Below are positions 50,774-63,280 of a stretch of DNA of 64,000 bases, piece by piece. The notes beneath the pieces are model-generated. The model saw nothing but the letters and a program-made list of their open reading frames with translations, was not told where the DNA came from and did not search any database. Position numbers and translations under genes: made by a program. The first letter of the stretch is position 1, and every line of letters begins with the position of its first letter. The stretch covers positions 124,001 to 188,000 of the forward strand of contig NIVC01001556.1 in NCBI GenBank assembly GCA_002269645.1, written 5' to 3'. This DNA is from Macrostomum lignano. Taxonomy: Eukaryota.

Positions 50774-53036
50774 TTAACTCACAGCTCGACGCAGAACTTC
50801 GGCTTCGGGAATTTCTACCGTGATAAAGTACACAACATGGCGATCCTGCACACCGACTAAGCTATATTGCAAACTGCTGAGGCCGTCCTCCTTCCACCGC
50901 TTGCGGCCCTTATTGATGAGATTTACCCTAGAGCAGAGCAGAATAGAGCGACATTGCAGTTAAGTATGATCTGGGATCGGGATCTGGGATCTGGATCTGG
51001 GATCTGGATCTGGGATCTGGATCTGGGATCTGGATCTGGGATCTGGATCTGGGATCTGGATCTGGGATCGGGATCTGGGATCGGGATCTGGGATCGGGAT
51101 CTGGGATCGGGATCTGGGATCGGGATCTGGGATCGGGATCTGGGATCGGGATCTGGGATCGGGATCTGGGATCGGGATCTGGGATCGGGATCTGGGATCG
51201 GGATCTGGGATCGGGATCTGGGATCGGGATCTGGGATCGGGATCTGGGATCGGGATCTGGGATCATACTCACCGCTGCGGGTTGGGATCATTCTTAGTGT
51301 CGCGATTGTGCTTAATCATCTTGTACCTGGCGATGCTCATGGGATACCTGGACACCTGGAAGCCGGCCCAAGCGACTCGGTTTCGAAAATCGTCGTCCTC
51401 ACCGCCCCAGCCGAAGAAGACGTTTGAGAAGCCGTTGACAGCGCGGAACTGTTCGCTAGTCAGAGAGCAGGCGCCGCCAAAAATCGTTTCGTAGGGCAAT
51501 TTGTAGCCAAACTTGTCGATGGCTGCGCTCAGGTGTCGGGGCTTCGAACCGCATCTGAGGAATAAATAAACAAACAACTTCTGTATGTATTCGGTATTGA
51601 AGTCTGCGAAGCCGCAATCCCCGGCTGATTCTTTGATGTGCGCCGCTACCCCTTGCTGATCCTTTGATGTGCGCCGCTACCCCTTGCTGATCCTTTGATG
51701 TGCGCCGCTACCCCCTGCTGATTCTTTGATGTGCGCCGCTACTACCCCCTGCTGATTCTTTGATGTGCGCCGCCGCTACCCCCTGCTGATTCTTTGATGT
51801 GCGCCGCTACTACCCCCTGCTGATTATTTGATGTGCGCCGCCGCTACCCCCTGCTGATCTTTTGATGTGAGCCGCTACTACCCCCTGCTGATTCTTTGAT
51901 GTGCGCCGCTACTACCCCCTGCTGATTCTTTGATGTGCGCCGCCGCTACCCCCTGCTGATCTTTTGATGTGAGCCGCTACTACCCCCTGCTGATTCTTTG
52001 ATGTGCGCCGCTACTACCCCCTGCTGATTCTTTGATGTGCGCCGCTACTACCCCCTGCTGATTCTTTGATGTGCGCCGCTACTACCCCTTGCTGATCCTT
52101 TGATGTGCGCCGCTACCCCCTGCTGATTCTTTGATGTGCGCCGCTACTACCCCCTGCTGATTCTTTGATGTGCGCCGCTACTACCCCCTGCTGATTCTTT
52201 GATGTGCGCCGCTACTACCCCCTGCTGATTCTTTGATGTGCGCCGCCGCTACCCCCTGCTGATCTTTTGATGTGAGCCGCTACCACGTTATCAATAGTCG
52301 CATCAAAATAAAGCCCCAACCTATAGATATTGTGGTCGTGCTCCGGCAGCAGGTCAACATCGTGAAATATGAAACAATCCGGCTGAAATATTTTTCCAGC
52401 CTCAACAAATCCGATGTTGAACAGCATCGCCCGATTAAACCTGGTGGTGCCGCTCTGTTCGATAGCGAATATTCGATAGTTAAGCTGTTGCCTACGCAGC
52501 ATGGGGTGTAGCACTAATAACAACAGGCGCAGGTGCGCGTCTCGATTTCTATAGGGCACAATTATTGCCACCCGTTGCTTAGCAACGCAATCATCCGGTT
52601 GACAACCGCCGTGTCTAACAAAGGGCAGGCTTTGCTCTAATTCTAGCCAGCTGGGCGCCTTGCTAGAATCTGTGAGCACAGTGAACTTGTCCCCGAGTAG
52701 GCCGGGTGGATCCTCCGGACAGCTGGACAGATTCGAACTGACAAGGCCACTCGCCCGAATCGATCCTGGGGCCAAGGTTGGCATTGTTGATGGCGAACTA
52801 TTCGATACTGTAGCCAGCGGCGAAACTGTAGTCGCCAAATACGTCTTGTTGGTTGCTTTATTGGTTGCCATGCCAACAATAACTTGGTCAAATTTGCGCA
52901 ATAAACTAGGAGATGAAGGCCAGAATGTCAGAGAAAGAGTCCTGCTAATCAGAAAGTGCAGGCAGAAGTACAGCACTAATGCAGCAATGCCAAAGCGAAT
53001 TCTTCTAGACATCAGCCGGCCAAGCCAGGAGGTCAT
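50774..53036 (-). CDS. Beta-1,4-galactosyltransferase family (GT7) enzyme, predicted beta-1,4-GalNAc-transferase (bre-4-like)
   Basis: In-phase exons 53036-52321, 51554-51273 and 50927-50774. Type II TM anchor, VAIIVPYRNR, FNRAMLFNIG, FHDVDLLP (DxD), FGG, GWGGEDDD, KMIKH and DGLSSLQY. Start Met taken as the first in-frame ATG (53036). Confidence 0.9.
50965..51263. repeat. 13-bp minisatellite (GGATCTGGGATCG)n in GT7 gene intron 2
   Basis: Fills almost the entire intron. Confidence 0.95.
51625..52283. repeat. 31-34-bp minisatellite (GCTGATTCTTTGATGTGCGCCGCTACTACCCCCT)n in GT7 gene intron 1
   Basis: Tandem copies read directly. Confidence 0.95.
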
Positions 53037-55254
53037 CACTCGACTGGCCAGCAGGCTGCCGCTGTCACTTCTGCTGCTGCCAGCAGCAGCGGGACTGCCG
53101 CGGCTGCTGGAACTGGGCGACGCCCACACGTGTTTGGAAGCGGGGCAGAGAGGGAGGTCAGCAGTTGTTTTTGCATTCAAGAAAATTTTACAGCAAGTTT
53201 GAGAAAGTGAAAGGCATCATCATTGATTTTCCAAAAATATGCCATTTCTATTTTGATACTCAAGGAAAAATTGATTCTTTTGAAAATCTGTCATAGATTC
53301 TTTCAGGATTGCAAAAAAAACAGATTGCAATTAGGAAATTCTCAGGTTCAAGATATTTTTGCAACTGCAAATGAAATTTCTTAATATACAAATACTCAGC
53401 AAAATTGTAAAGTCACCATCACAGAAGATACCATCTGTGGTTGCCACTTTTGAGAGAGAAGTAGTCTCTAAATCTTTGCAAGTGATGTGACTTAGCTATA
53501 TTGTGACAGACTTGGGTTGAGAAATGAAGTGGGGAGAGTGCTGTGTGAAGGTTGGAAGGATCAAAGCTATCTCTTCATTTTTTCACATCTTTTATTTTTG
53601 ATTAGTTCAAGAGAAATTGCTCATTGGCACAGTGACAACTTTTCTATGTTGCTAAGTGTAAAACCAGTTTTTGGAAAAAAATAGAAAATGTTCTTCCAGT
53701 TAAGATTGATTTTTAAAAATTGTAGCATATTACTATAGTAAAATAAAGACTTTTGTACTATTGGCATACAACCTATAATATAATTATAACCCTAGAGTAT
53801 AAAAACCTAAAATACGAGCATAGTTTATAAAAAGTTGTTATTAAATAATCTTCTAAAATGCTTTGTGAAATTTCATTATGAAGTTTCTAGCATAGAAAGT
53901 CTATTTTGATACTATTGAATTTATATTTTTTGAAGTAATTATAAGGAGTTAACAAAGAGATATACTAAACAAAGAGATATACTACAACAACAAATTAAGC
54001 AAATTTCTTATGCAACAAAGTACCTATATTAATAATGTATAAAAATTTGTTGAGAAGGATAGTTTCTAAAGGATAAAGACTAAAAAGAAAAGGGAGGAGG
54101 AAATAACTCTGAATTTAGGTTAAAATGCATTTGGTCCCCTTTTTTCAGGTCTCTGTCAAAGGGGGAATTGTATTGGTTAAGTTTACATCTATTATATTTC
54201 TTGGAACACTTTGTAAATAGTTATTCAATAAAAATTATACTATTTATAAAGAATAGGCCTAACAGAAACAGAAAATCATATTTACTAAATCAGTATTTTA
54301 TAATTTACTTATTCTTTTGATAATATTTAAAGTTTTTTACCATATCTAGCAAATTTATTTGTCATAACTTTCTATCATGAAAATTAAAATCATAGATTTT
54401 ATGATACTTAATACTTGTCTAATAAGCCTAACTAATTATAAAATATAACTATTGATGAAAAAAACTATAATAGAAAATCCTTTTACTTAGCTTTATTATC
54501 AATTATATTATAGATATAACTAATCAACTTCTTATGTTTATTATTTTTATTTAAAGTAAGTTTTTTATGTTTTATAATATACATTTATGTTTCATGAAAT
54601 ATGTTCTATGTTCAATGTTCTATGATTACATGTTTTACTTGTTTATAAATACAGATTAAGAGTGAGGTGCAATATTCAATTTAATCATAACTCTCTTACT
54701 CTATTAATTTATAGATAAATACAATCTTATTTACTTAGAACTGCATGAAGATTCACTGTTCACATAATGACATAGTTTAGGCATTTGAGCATAAAACAAG
54801 AAAACTCCAAGTAGAGATACGTTAAGTTAAAGCAACAAATGAATGATATAAGTCAATACGAGTACATACAAGAAAGAGCAGGTGGATGAACAGTAAACTG
54901 AGAGAGCTGGATGGCCAGATGCCACAATAACTATAAAATGTTATTTTCCTAGAAACCCGTCTTTCCAAAAAATGATCTAGTATTGTGGTTTAACAAAATG
55001 CTAAGCTACAGGTAGAGCCAAATAATTATTTTTAAAATGAGAAAAGCAGTTTTTCAATTTTTCTTGATTTTTTTACAACATCGAAGATAGAATGTTTGCA
55101 GCATCTCAAACAAAATGTGACTGCATGAATTCAACATTATGTTAATCTAATTATAAGAGGAGCAATTTATACTTGCCCTATTTATACATTGTTCTAACAA
55201 GTAATAAATTTTAATATTAGTTGAATACAACTGCCCTATTAAGCAGGTAGCAAC

Positions 55255-55535
55255 GAACAGCTCAGCCGCAGCTATTGCATCTGAAGACTGAAGGCTGCGT
55301 ACTTGTGTACGTCGGCTGTTCTGTCCAAGGACGGGGGGTCGCCAAACGCACCCTTAATTTCCTTAGCTAATTTCAGTTCTTATTTCACAACTGATAATTG
55401 AACTGGAGCAATGCGGAGATTATAGTGTCCACTCAATGACACAAATTGTTCCAAGTCAATAATAGGTCGAGGATCGAACCCCCGACCTTTCAGTTGAGTC
55501 CCGATCCGACGTTCTAACCACTAGACTATAACGGC
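55255..55535 (-). mobile_element. tRNA-derived SINE-like element
   Basis: Minus strand: GCCGTTATAGTCTAGTGGTTAG (A box, tRNA-His-like 5' end) and GGTTCGATCC (B box, 55471-55480). There is no complementary acceptor stem. The body is homologous to 50445-50583. Confidence 0.65.
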
Positions 55536-57406
55536 TCTGTTAAATGTGGCTGTACCACGTACTACCACTTTTTGGAAATTCGGTCAAATCTACTGCTGGA
55601 ATATCTCGGCGAGCAATTCGGCATTTTCTCGTGCACCCTAAAAACTCTATGCCAAATTTCGGCAATATTCCATCTGGGTCAGTGCATGCGATAAGCTGTA
55701 GCTATTTATACATTGTTCTAACCTTAAATCTAAACATGCAGTGGCCATATATTATTTTCCAACATCTTTTAATTAACCATTATAATGTACTTTGAATCTC
55801 TTCAGCCACTTTTCTTGGATTGAGGATCTCGATCAACCTATCCAAGAGACACGGCCGCGGCACTACGCCCCCCTCACGTCTCTGAAAACACAGAGAATAC
55901 CCGAGAAAAAAATGCCTAACTTCCCAAGTCAACCATGTACTGGGATGACGTTGACTCAAGTTTGCAAAGTATAATTGTCATGAACTTAGAAAGTATGCAA
56001 TGTTATTGCCTAACTTCAATCGACTTTTCAAGTTTGCAAAGTACACGTCCCATGTATAAATGCAAGTAGCTACTTGGAAAGTACTTGAGAAGTGACTCAA
56101 GAAAACATTACATACTTGGAAAGAACTTATATTGAATACTTATACTTGGAAATTTCGGAAACTACTTCGGCGGTACTTGCCACGAGGTTGTATTGCTGAC
56201 TTACTATAAGTACTTTGGCAAGTTTGGTTGTTGTTTTTTCTCGGGTAACTGAGTAAGTAATTGAAACAACGTAAATCAAATGTAGAAGCTAGGCTGTGTA
56301 TTCCACGTGGTTTATGCAAGACAAAACAACAATCTTCGAAACTTGCTGTCATCAGCTTAAAGTGTGTTATTTATAAGGTATAATTGAGGCAAATAAAAAG
56401 TTGTGAAAATTCCATCTATAGACCGCGGTCGAAACATTGCGTTCTAAAAGGAATTGTGGTCTAGCTGGATTCCTCACGTTTTGTATCAACGCAACGAACT
56501 CCTGAAAAAAGTGGATATGATTATATACCCGGATTGGAGTGCCACAAATATTTTGATAGCAAAGATACAAAAAACTACCCAAATACCCATAGTTTACTCA
56601 AAGTATCAAGATAAACAAATCGACCACGAGAACTTTAAATTCACTAATCCAGCTCGCGGCAGTGAAACACAGTTAGACACGGTGGCATATCTTGCAATAC
56701 GATTCGACAGACAGGGATGGCATCGGCAAAAAATAATTCAGATTTAGTTTAGTAAAAATTTCTAACCCATCATTTTAGAAAAGTAATAAAAGCGCAGCAA
56801 TATCAGTTTCATTTACAATTCACAGCAAACAGTCAAACATCGACACATGAAAATATGCGTAAACTCATACTCAAAGTTTCAAAAACACAATAATGGACAG
56901 ATTAAAAATACACACAAAAAATTAACATTTAAGAGAAAAATGTATAATACAAAATTTGGGCTGTACAAAACACAGAAAATCATTTTCTACTACATGATTG
57001 CTCACTTAAAACCAAAAACAGTTTCTTCTTCTGACTAACATAATTTAGACAGTTGGTCAATTCTTACAAGATACAAACAGTACAAAACGGAAAACTTCAT
57101 TTAAATCAAATGGGGTCTTACAACAATTCACTATTCTCATCTATATATTATATACGGTTGAAATTTAAGTCCATTGCACCAAAGTGCTCATACCAGTTAG
57201 AAATCGTTTGCATCATTTAACCCTTCTATTGACTTAATTTCCTTTCTCGCAGACTTCATTAGAGACTACCAGAAGAGAACAGAGTTTAATAAAATTAACA
57301 AATTTGTTTAAATTTAATAAATACACTTCAAGTCAACAACGCTCGTAGTATTTTTGATGGAACTTTTTCACAACGGATAAATATCATTCCGATGACTATG
57401 ACTGTA

Positions 57407-57588
57407 TTAGGGTAATATAATTTTCATAATATTATGTAGTTCCTCAGTACACCTGGCCAGCGGCGTGGCTTGTATCCGGGGCTGCAGGCCGGAGTACATG
57501 TTTGCGAAGCTGGAATGATAGGCCGATGGCGGACTATCGGAGGCGACGCAGTGACCAGCCGAGATGTTGCTGCAGTGCTGCTGTTGCA

Positions 57589-57638
<50 letters not shown>

Positions 57639-59269
57639 GCCTGCTGAGGCGGCTGGTGCTGCGGCTGGTGCTTGAACTGCAGCGGGCTGCCGTAGCCGCA
57701 CTCGTCCGCCATGAAACGAGCGGCTGCGAACTGCTGCTGCGCCGCCTCCATCATGTACTCGTGATGATGCTGAGCGTCAAGCTTCGATAGCATCATGTGC
57801 CGATTGATGTCCAGGCTGAAATTAGAATTTACAATATTGAGAATTGCACGCGGTTGTCTATACTTAGAGTATAGCTATTGGAGCTAATTAATTGCAATGG
57901 GAGATTCACGAGGGCGGATACCCCAGTCGCTATCGCTGCTGCAGCGCTCAGTTCAGATGAAGATGGGGCGTGGCCCGCTGTTGCCCATCCGGTCTATCCG
58001 CGTGCTGGCGCATTTCTCATGCTTTCTGCTTCTCTTCTTATTCTTCGTTTTCCCCTCCCCCTTTGGGATGAAGCAGAAATTCGAGTCCCGCATGATGCGC
58101 GACTGCTTCTCGGCGGAGTCGGATGTCAGAAAACTCCCACCCCCATGTTATCCCTCTGCTTCGTCTGTTTCGGCTCTCAGGAAGCTCTCAGTCTCTCTAG
58201 GCAGCTTTGAGGATTGAGGAAACGAGAAACAAACCTGGAAAAGCATCATTAAGATTCTGTGCAGATTGGAAGGGGGCAGGCGGGTGGGCAACCCGAAATG
58301 TCTGGACCTCTCCTGCATTCTCAGCCTTCCCTGCGTAGCCGCAGTGCTTTAAGCAGCGCCCCGAAATCTGATCCCGCACGATGGATTAGGAGACTAGCGG
58401 GGATTAGGGCGCGAGCAGCATCCGGGAGAGGGAAATGTCTTCGGAGTGGTTGGACGCATTTAGCAACATCGGCCGTACCCGGCCAACCAGATTAAATGCG
58501 GGGGTCTCGTGCGTACTCACTGGCACTGCGGCATGTGAACGCCCTGGGCCTGAATCAGCTGATGCTGATGCTGCTGCTGATGATGATGCGGCGTGCGGTC
58601 CCGCTGACGCCGGTTCTTGAACCAGTTGCTGACCTGCGTCATGGTCAGGCCAGTGGAACTGGCCAACTGCTTCTTCTCCTCGGGAGTCGGATAACGATTC
58701 TGCTTGTAGCACTCTTTCAGAGCTTGACGCGACTTCTCCTTGAAGCAGTAGATCGTCTCCTCGCCGTCCCAGATGGTCTTTGGCAGGGGATATTTACGAC
58801 GTAGGCGATACTTATCGACTGCACCGAGCGGGCGGCCGCGTATTTTCTGCGCCTCGATGTAGTGAGCCTTGTACCACATCTGCTGCAGGTAGGGGTGGCT
58901 GGCAGGCTGGAACTGGTAGCCCTCCAGCACTTTGTACAGCTCGGTGAACGAGCTGTTGTGGAACGCCACGGCGGCTCGGGCCTTCTGCACCGATTCAGAG
59001 TGCATGACGGCCTCGTCTGCGGCCGGCAGGGAAGCGAGGAACATGCCAAGCCGGTGCATGTCGCCACGATGGATCAGGGCCTCGCAGACGCAGGCCGCCT
59101 GGTCAGGTGTGAACAGCATCATAGCCCGCCGCTCCGTCAACTCGGATTTCACCATGCCGGCAGAGGCGGAGGTGGAGGCGGAGACCGCGAATCTCTGCTG
59201 CTGCTGCTCCGGCGACGTAGGGGAATCTTCGACGTCCATCGATTCGGGAAGATGCGATTCGACCGACAT
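57407..59269 (-). CDS. SIX4: SIX-class homeobox protein, Six4/5 subfamily
   Basis: Exons 59269-58521 and 57815-57407 join in phase as CA|C; the 3' end is uncertain because a donor near 57452 is possible. SIX domain ([25 protein letters not shown]) and homeodomain [54 protein letters not shown] and YKQNRYP fit Six4/5 (ETVY) rather than Six1/2 (ETSY) or Six3/6 (QKTH). Confidence 0.9.
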
Positions 59270-59935
59270 TAGTTGCTTGGATTTTGTATGAGATTGAGAG
59301 AATTAGTTCGGTTAGAAACTGTTTGTTTTTTTTCTTGGTTTGTTGAATTTGGCCAGCGAAATTCGAGATTTAATATTCGTTTTTTAGATCCCTCGCCGTG
59401 GCAGGTCGCCTCGCCCAATGGCAGGCAGCCTGAGGACTCTGGAGGACCGGGGGCGGGGTTCGCCGAGGGCCAATCGCTGGCGCTCTAGGGACAGGTGGAT
59501 TGAAGATGCTTCCATTTTTTCCAACTCAATGCGTCAGTCTGCGAGACCCTCTCTTCTCAGAGTCTTCGCCGTAATGAAGGCTTTTCATCATAATTATGGA
59601 GGTGATAATAAGATCAGCCTCTTGGGGCCAATTTTTTTCAAGTTTCATTTGAATGATTCATTTTGGCGGGTGGGCTGGCATTGGCAGAAGCGCGCGCAGT
59701 CACAACAGCGCAATGGCAGATTTTGATAAACACGATAAACTACAGGCATTTTGTCAAATGCGTTTTCTCAAAGTCATCTTTTCGATTGTCGATCTCTTAC
59801 ATGTACATGTAGAAGTCAGAAAATAGTATTATTTTTTTTCAAAGACATTCATTTGATTAAATTGCTGAGATGCCAATGGTAAAGTGAGAGTTGCTGACAG
59901 GCCAAGAATCAGAGTGAGGGTAAGGTTTGGGATTG

Positions 59936-59996
59936 GGTGCTGTAGCCTAGTTGTCTAGCGCGATGCCTTTGTGTACCAGCGGCCCAGACTCGATTC
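59936..59996 (+). other. Degenerate tRNA-like (Pol III A/B box) fragment
   Basis: GGTGCTGTAGCCTAGTTG (A-box-like) ... GACTCGATTC (degenerate B box); no cloverleaf could be completed. Confidence 0.25.
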
Positions 59997-60804
59997 AAAG
60001 AGCAGTCACGTTAATTGGGGGCCGTGTGTGCCTTGTGCGTATGACTGCGTACGTATCCGCGCGCTTGTGTGCCTGCTCAGGGGAAGTCGGCGGAATGGGC
60101 AGTAATGCCTCTCGCCGGTTGTGTAACAATGTCGCTTAAGGGGTATATGACTTTTTAACGGATTTTAATAATAAACTATTTCTAACAATCCAATTGATTG
60201 ATTATTATGTACTAGAGCTTCAACAGCAGACCAAGTTACAAAATTTTGTATGTAAAGTTTATTTAGTAGCTAAAAGACCTGCAGGAGATAGGTGGGTTGT
60301 TTTTCTGCAGGCTCCAGTTTTACAACATTAGCAATGGAAACAAATTTCGTCGACCAAAATAAAAAAATCGCCTTTTTGCTGGATTTCGCTTTGGCCAGCG
60401 GGAGCCTCGCATGCAGCATTTTCTTGGTAATTTGAGGCGCATTATCGGCGGCTGCATTCGACTAAGGAAAGGAGGAGGCGAGGAAAAAAATAAGAAAAAT
60501 TAACCTCTCCCCAATGCAGCCTGCACCTGAGGTTCCCTGCAGTCTGGCGCCTCAGCCAAAAGCAGCAGATCGCTGCGGTGAATTATTTTTTTTCAATTGG
60601 CACAGCTGTTTGCTTGTCAGGCGGCGTGCGTCAAAGAGCGTTGGAGAATAATTTCTTTGAGAATAATCTGCGCCATTTGTGGATGCCGGCGTGGCGTCCG
60701 CTTATCAAGGACTGTCTGTGATGTGCTGGTTGGCTGTCATCTTCTTGATCCGACACTTTGTGCAGTCTGCAACCGAAAATTCAGCCCCACCTGAAACATT
60801 CAGT

Positions 60805-61570
60805 GCGCCCACCCTGAGCACTCATCCTGAACACTCACCCTGAACACTCGCCCTGAACACTCACCCTGAACACTCACCCTGGACACTCACCCTGAACACT
60901 CACACTGAACACTCACACTGAACACTCACCCTGAACACTCACCCTGAACACTCAACCTGAACACTCATCCTGAACACTCACACTGAACACTCACCCTGAA
61001 CACTCACCCTGAACACTCACCCTGAACACTCCCACTGAAAACTCACCCTGAACACTCACCCTGAACACTCACCCTGAACACTCACACTGAACACTCACCC
61101 TGAACACTCACCCTGAACACTCACCCTGAACACTCCCACTGAACACTCACCCTGAACACTCACCCTGAACACTCACACTGAACACTCACCCTGAACACTC
61201 ATCCTGAACACTCACACTGAACACTCACCCTGAACACTCACACTGAACACTCACCCTGAACACTCACCCTGAACACTCACACTGAACACTCACCCTGAAC
61301 ACTCATCCTGAACACTCCCACTGAACACTCACCCTGAACACTCACCATGAACACTCACACTGAACACTCACCCTGAACACTCATCCTGAACACTCACCCT
61401 GAATACTCACCCTGAACACTCATCCTGAACACTCACCCTGAACACTCACCCTGAACACTCACACTGAACACTCACCCTGAACACTCATCCTGAACACTCA
61501 CCCTGAATACTCACCCTGAACACTCATCCTGAACACTCACCCTGAACACTCACCCTGAACACTCCCCTGA
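60805..61570. repeat. 13-bp minisatellite (TGAACACTCACCC)n
   Basis: Tandem copies read directly. Confidence 0.95.
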
Positions 61571-62479
61571 GACACCTTCCTTCGTTGGACTTAATGGGGT
61601 GAGGCAAGCATTTTCGCACATCCGCCCACCGCAGGCTGTAGTGCTTGCCACTTTGGTTGCTGTTCCAAATTATTTTTAGTTGCCATGCAAGCAACGGACT
61701 CGAACGTCACACCTCCCCGAATCAAAGAGAGTTGCCAAGGCCAGGTGCATCCGATGCCACTCTGACAGCAGTAGGCGAATAGGTGCTGGAAAAACACCTT
61801 TCAAATTCGAAAATGGGTTCGAAATCGGGGTCTGAGTATTAAGGGTTTGGCTGGACAGTCCCACGTGTTGCCTCTGATCCTCCTGTCCCCATAATTAGTG
61901 AATTAGCGACCGAATATTAGAGTGGCAGCTGTACGCTCGAGTTCGAACAGACTTCAGTACCCGGTTCATTGCCGCCAAGATTTCATAGAGCGATAGTGCA
62001 GCGCCCAGATGCTAAGATGACAGAAGGAAGAATAATAATTTTAATCATCCCCGTTTTTTAGACAATAAAATTTCAATGGGGTTTCAAAATGATAGCAGCT
62101 GGTGCTGTGCTCTGCTGCTTAGTAAATATAATTATATAAATATCCAGTGAGATCGCTTGTTCTATACTGAAGGATGGGCAGTATCAATATACCCCCAAGG
62201 CCCTCGAGGCATGGTCTACCTGTTGTGACCGACCTTGGCTATTGATTGTTGGTTGGCATTCAGCCTATTTAAAATTATTTTTGTCATCCATCTGGGAGAC
62301 AATTAGGAGTTCGTCTTGTCTCCGGGGTCGTCGCTATGCCATGTTATGACTGTCTATGACGACCGTTTTGAGCAAGAATTGGACTGCGGACTTCAGACAG
62401 CGAAAGTAAGAAAGCAATTTTAACCTAATTCTTGGTCACCTTTGAAGCGTCATGTTGCATCCTTGAGGGTTCATACTGA

Positions 62480-63280
62480 GGACTCATTTTGACCCCACTG
62501 ACGACTCATTTTGACCCCACTGACGATTCATTTTGACCCCCTGGGGATTCATTTTGACACCCTGAGGATTTATTTTGACCCCTAAGGATTCATTTTGACT
62601 CTCCTGAGGATTCATTTTGACTCTCCTGAGGATTCATTTTGACTCTCCTGAGGATTCATTTTGACTCTCCTGAGGATTCATTTTGACTCTCCTGAGGATT
62701 CATTTTGACTCTTCTGAGGATTCATTTTGACTCTCCTGAGGATTCATTTTGACTCTCCTGAGGATTCATTTTGACTCTCCTGAGGATTCATTTTGACTCT
62801 CCTGAGGATTCATTTTGACTCTCCTGAGGATTCATTTTGACTCTCCTGAGGATTCATTTTGACTCTCCTGAGGATTCATTTTGACTCTCCTGAGGATTCA
62901 TTTTGACTCTCCTGAGGATTTATTTTGACTCTTCTGAGGATTCATTTTGACTCTCCTGAGGATTCATTTTGACTCTCCTGAGGATTCATTTTGACTCTCC
63001 TGAGGATTCATTTTGACTCTCCTGAGGATTCATTTTGACTCTCCTGAGGATTCATTTTGACCCCCTGAGGATTTATTTTGACCCCTGAGGATTCATTTTG
63101 ACTCTCCTGAGGATTCATTTTGACTCTCCTGAGGATTCATTTTGACCCCCTGAGGATTCATTTTGACTGTCCTGAGGATTCATTTTGACCCCCCCTCCTT
63201 GAGGATTTATTTTGACCCCCCCTCCCTGAGGATTCATTTTGACCCCCCTCCCTGAGGATTCACTTTGACTCTTTTATGCA
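62480..63280. repeat. 22-bp minisatellite (GAGGATTCATTTTGACTCTCCT)n
   Basis: Tandem copies read directly. Confidence 0.95.

Noticed and set aside
55460-55535. Functional tRNA-His gene
   Set aside because: A and B boxes are present, but the 3' side cannot pair with GCCGTTA to form an acceptor stem and the sequence continues into a repeated body; treated as a SINE head.
58404-59291. Plus-strand ORFs overlapping the Six gene
   Set aside because: Antisense shadows of a GC-rich coding exon.
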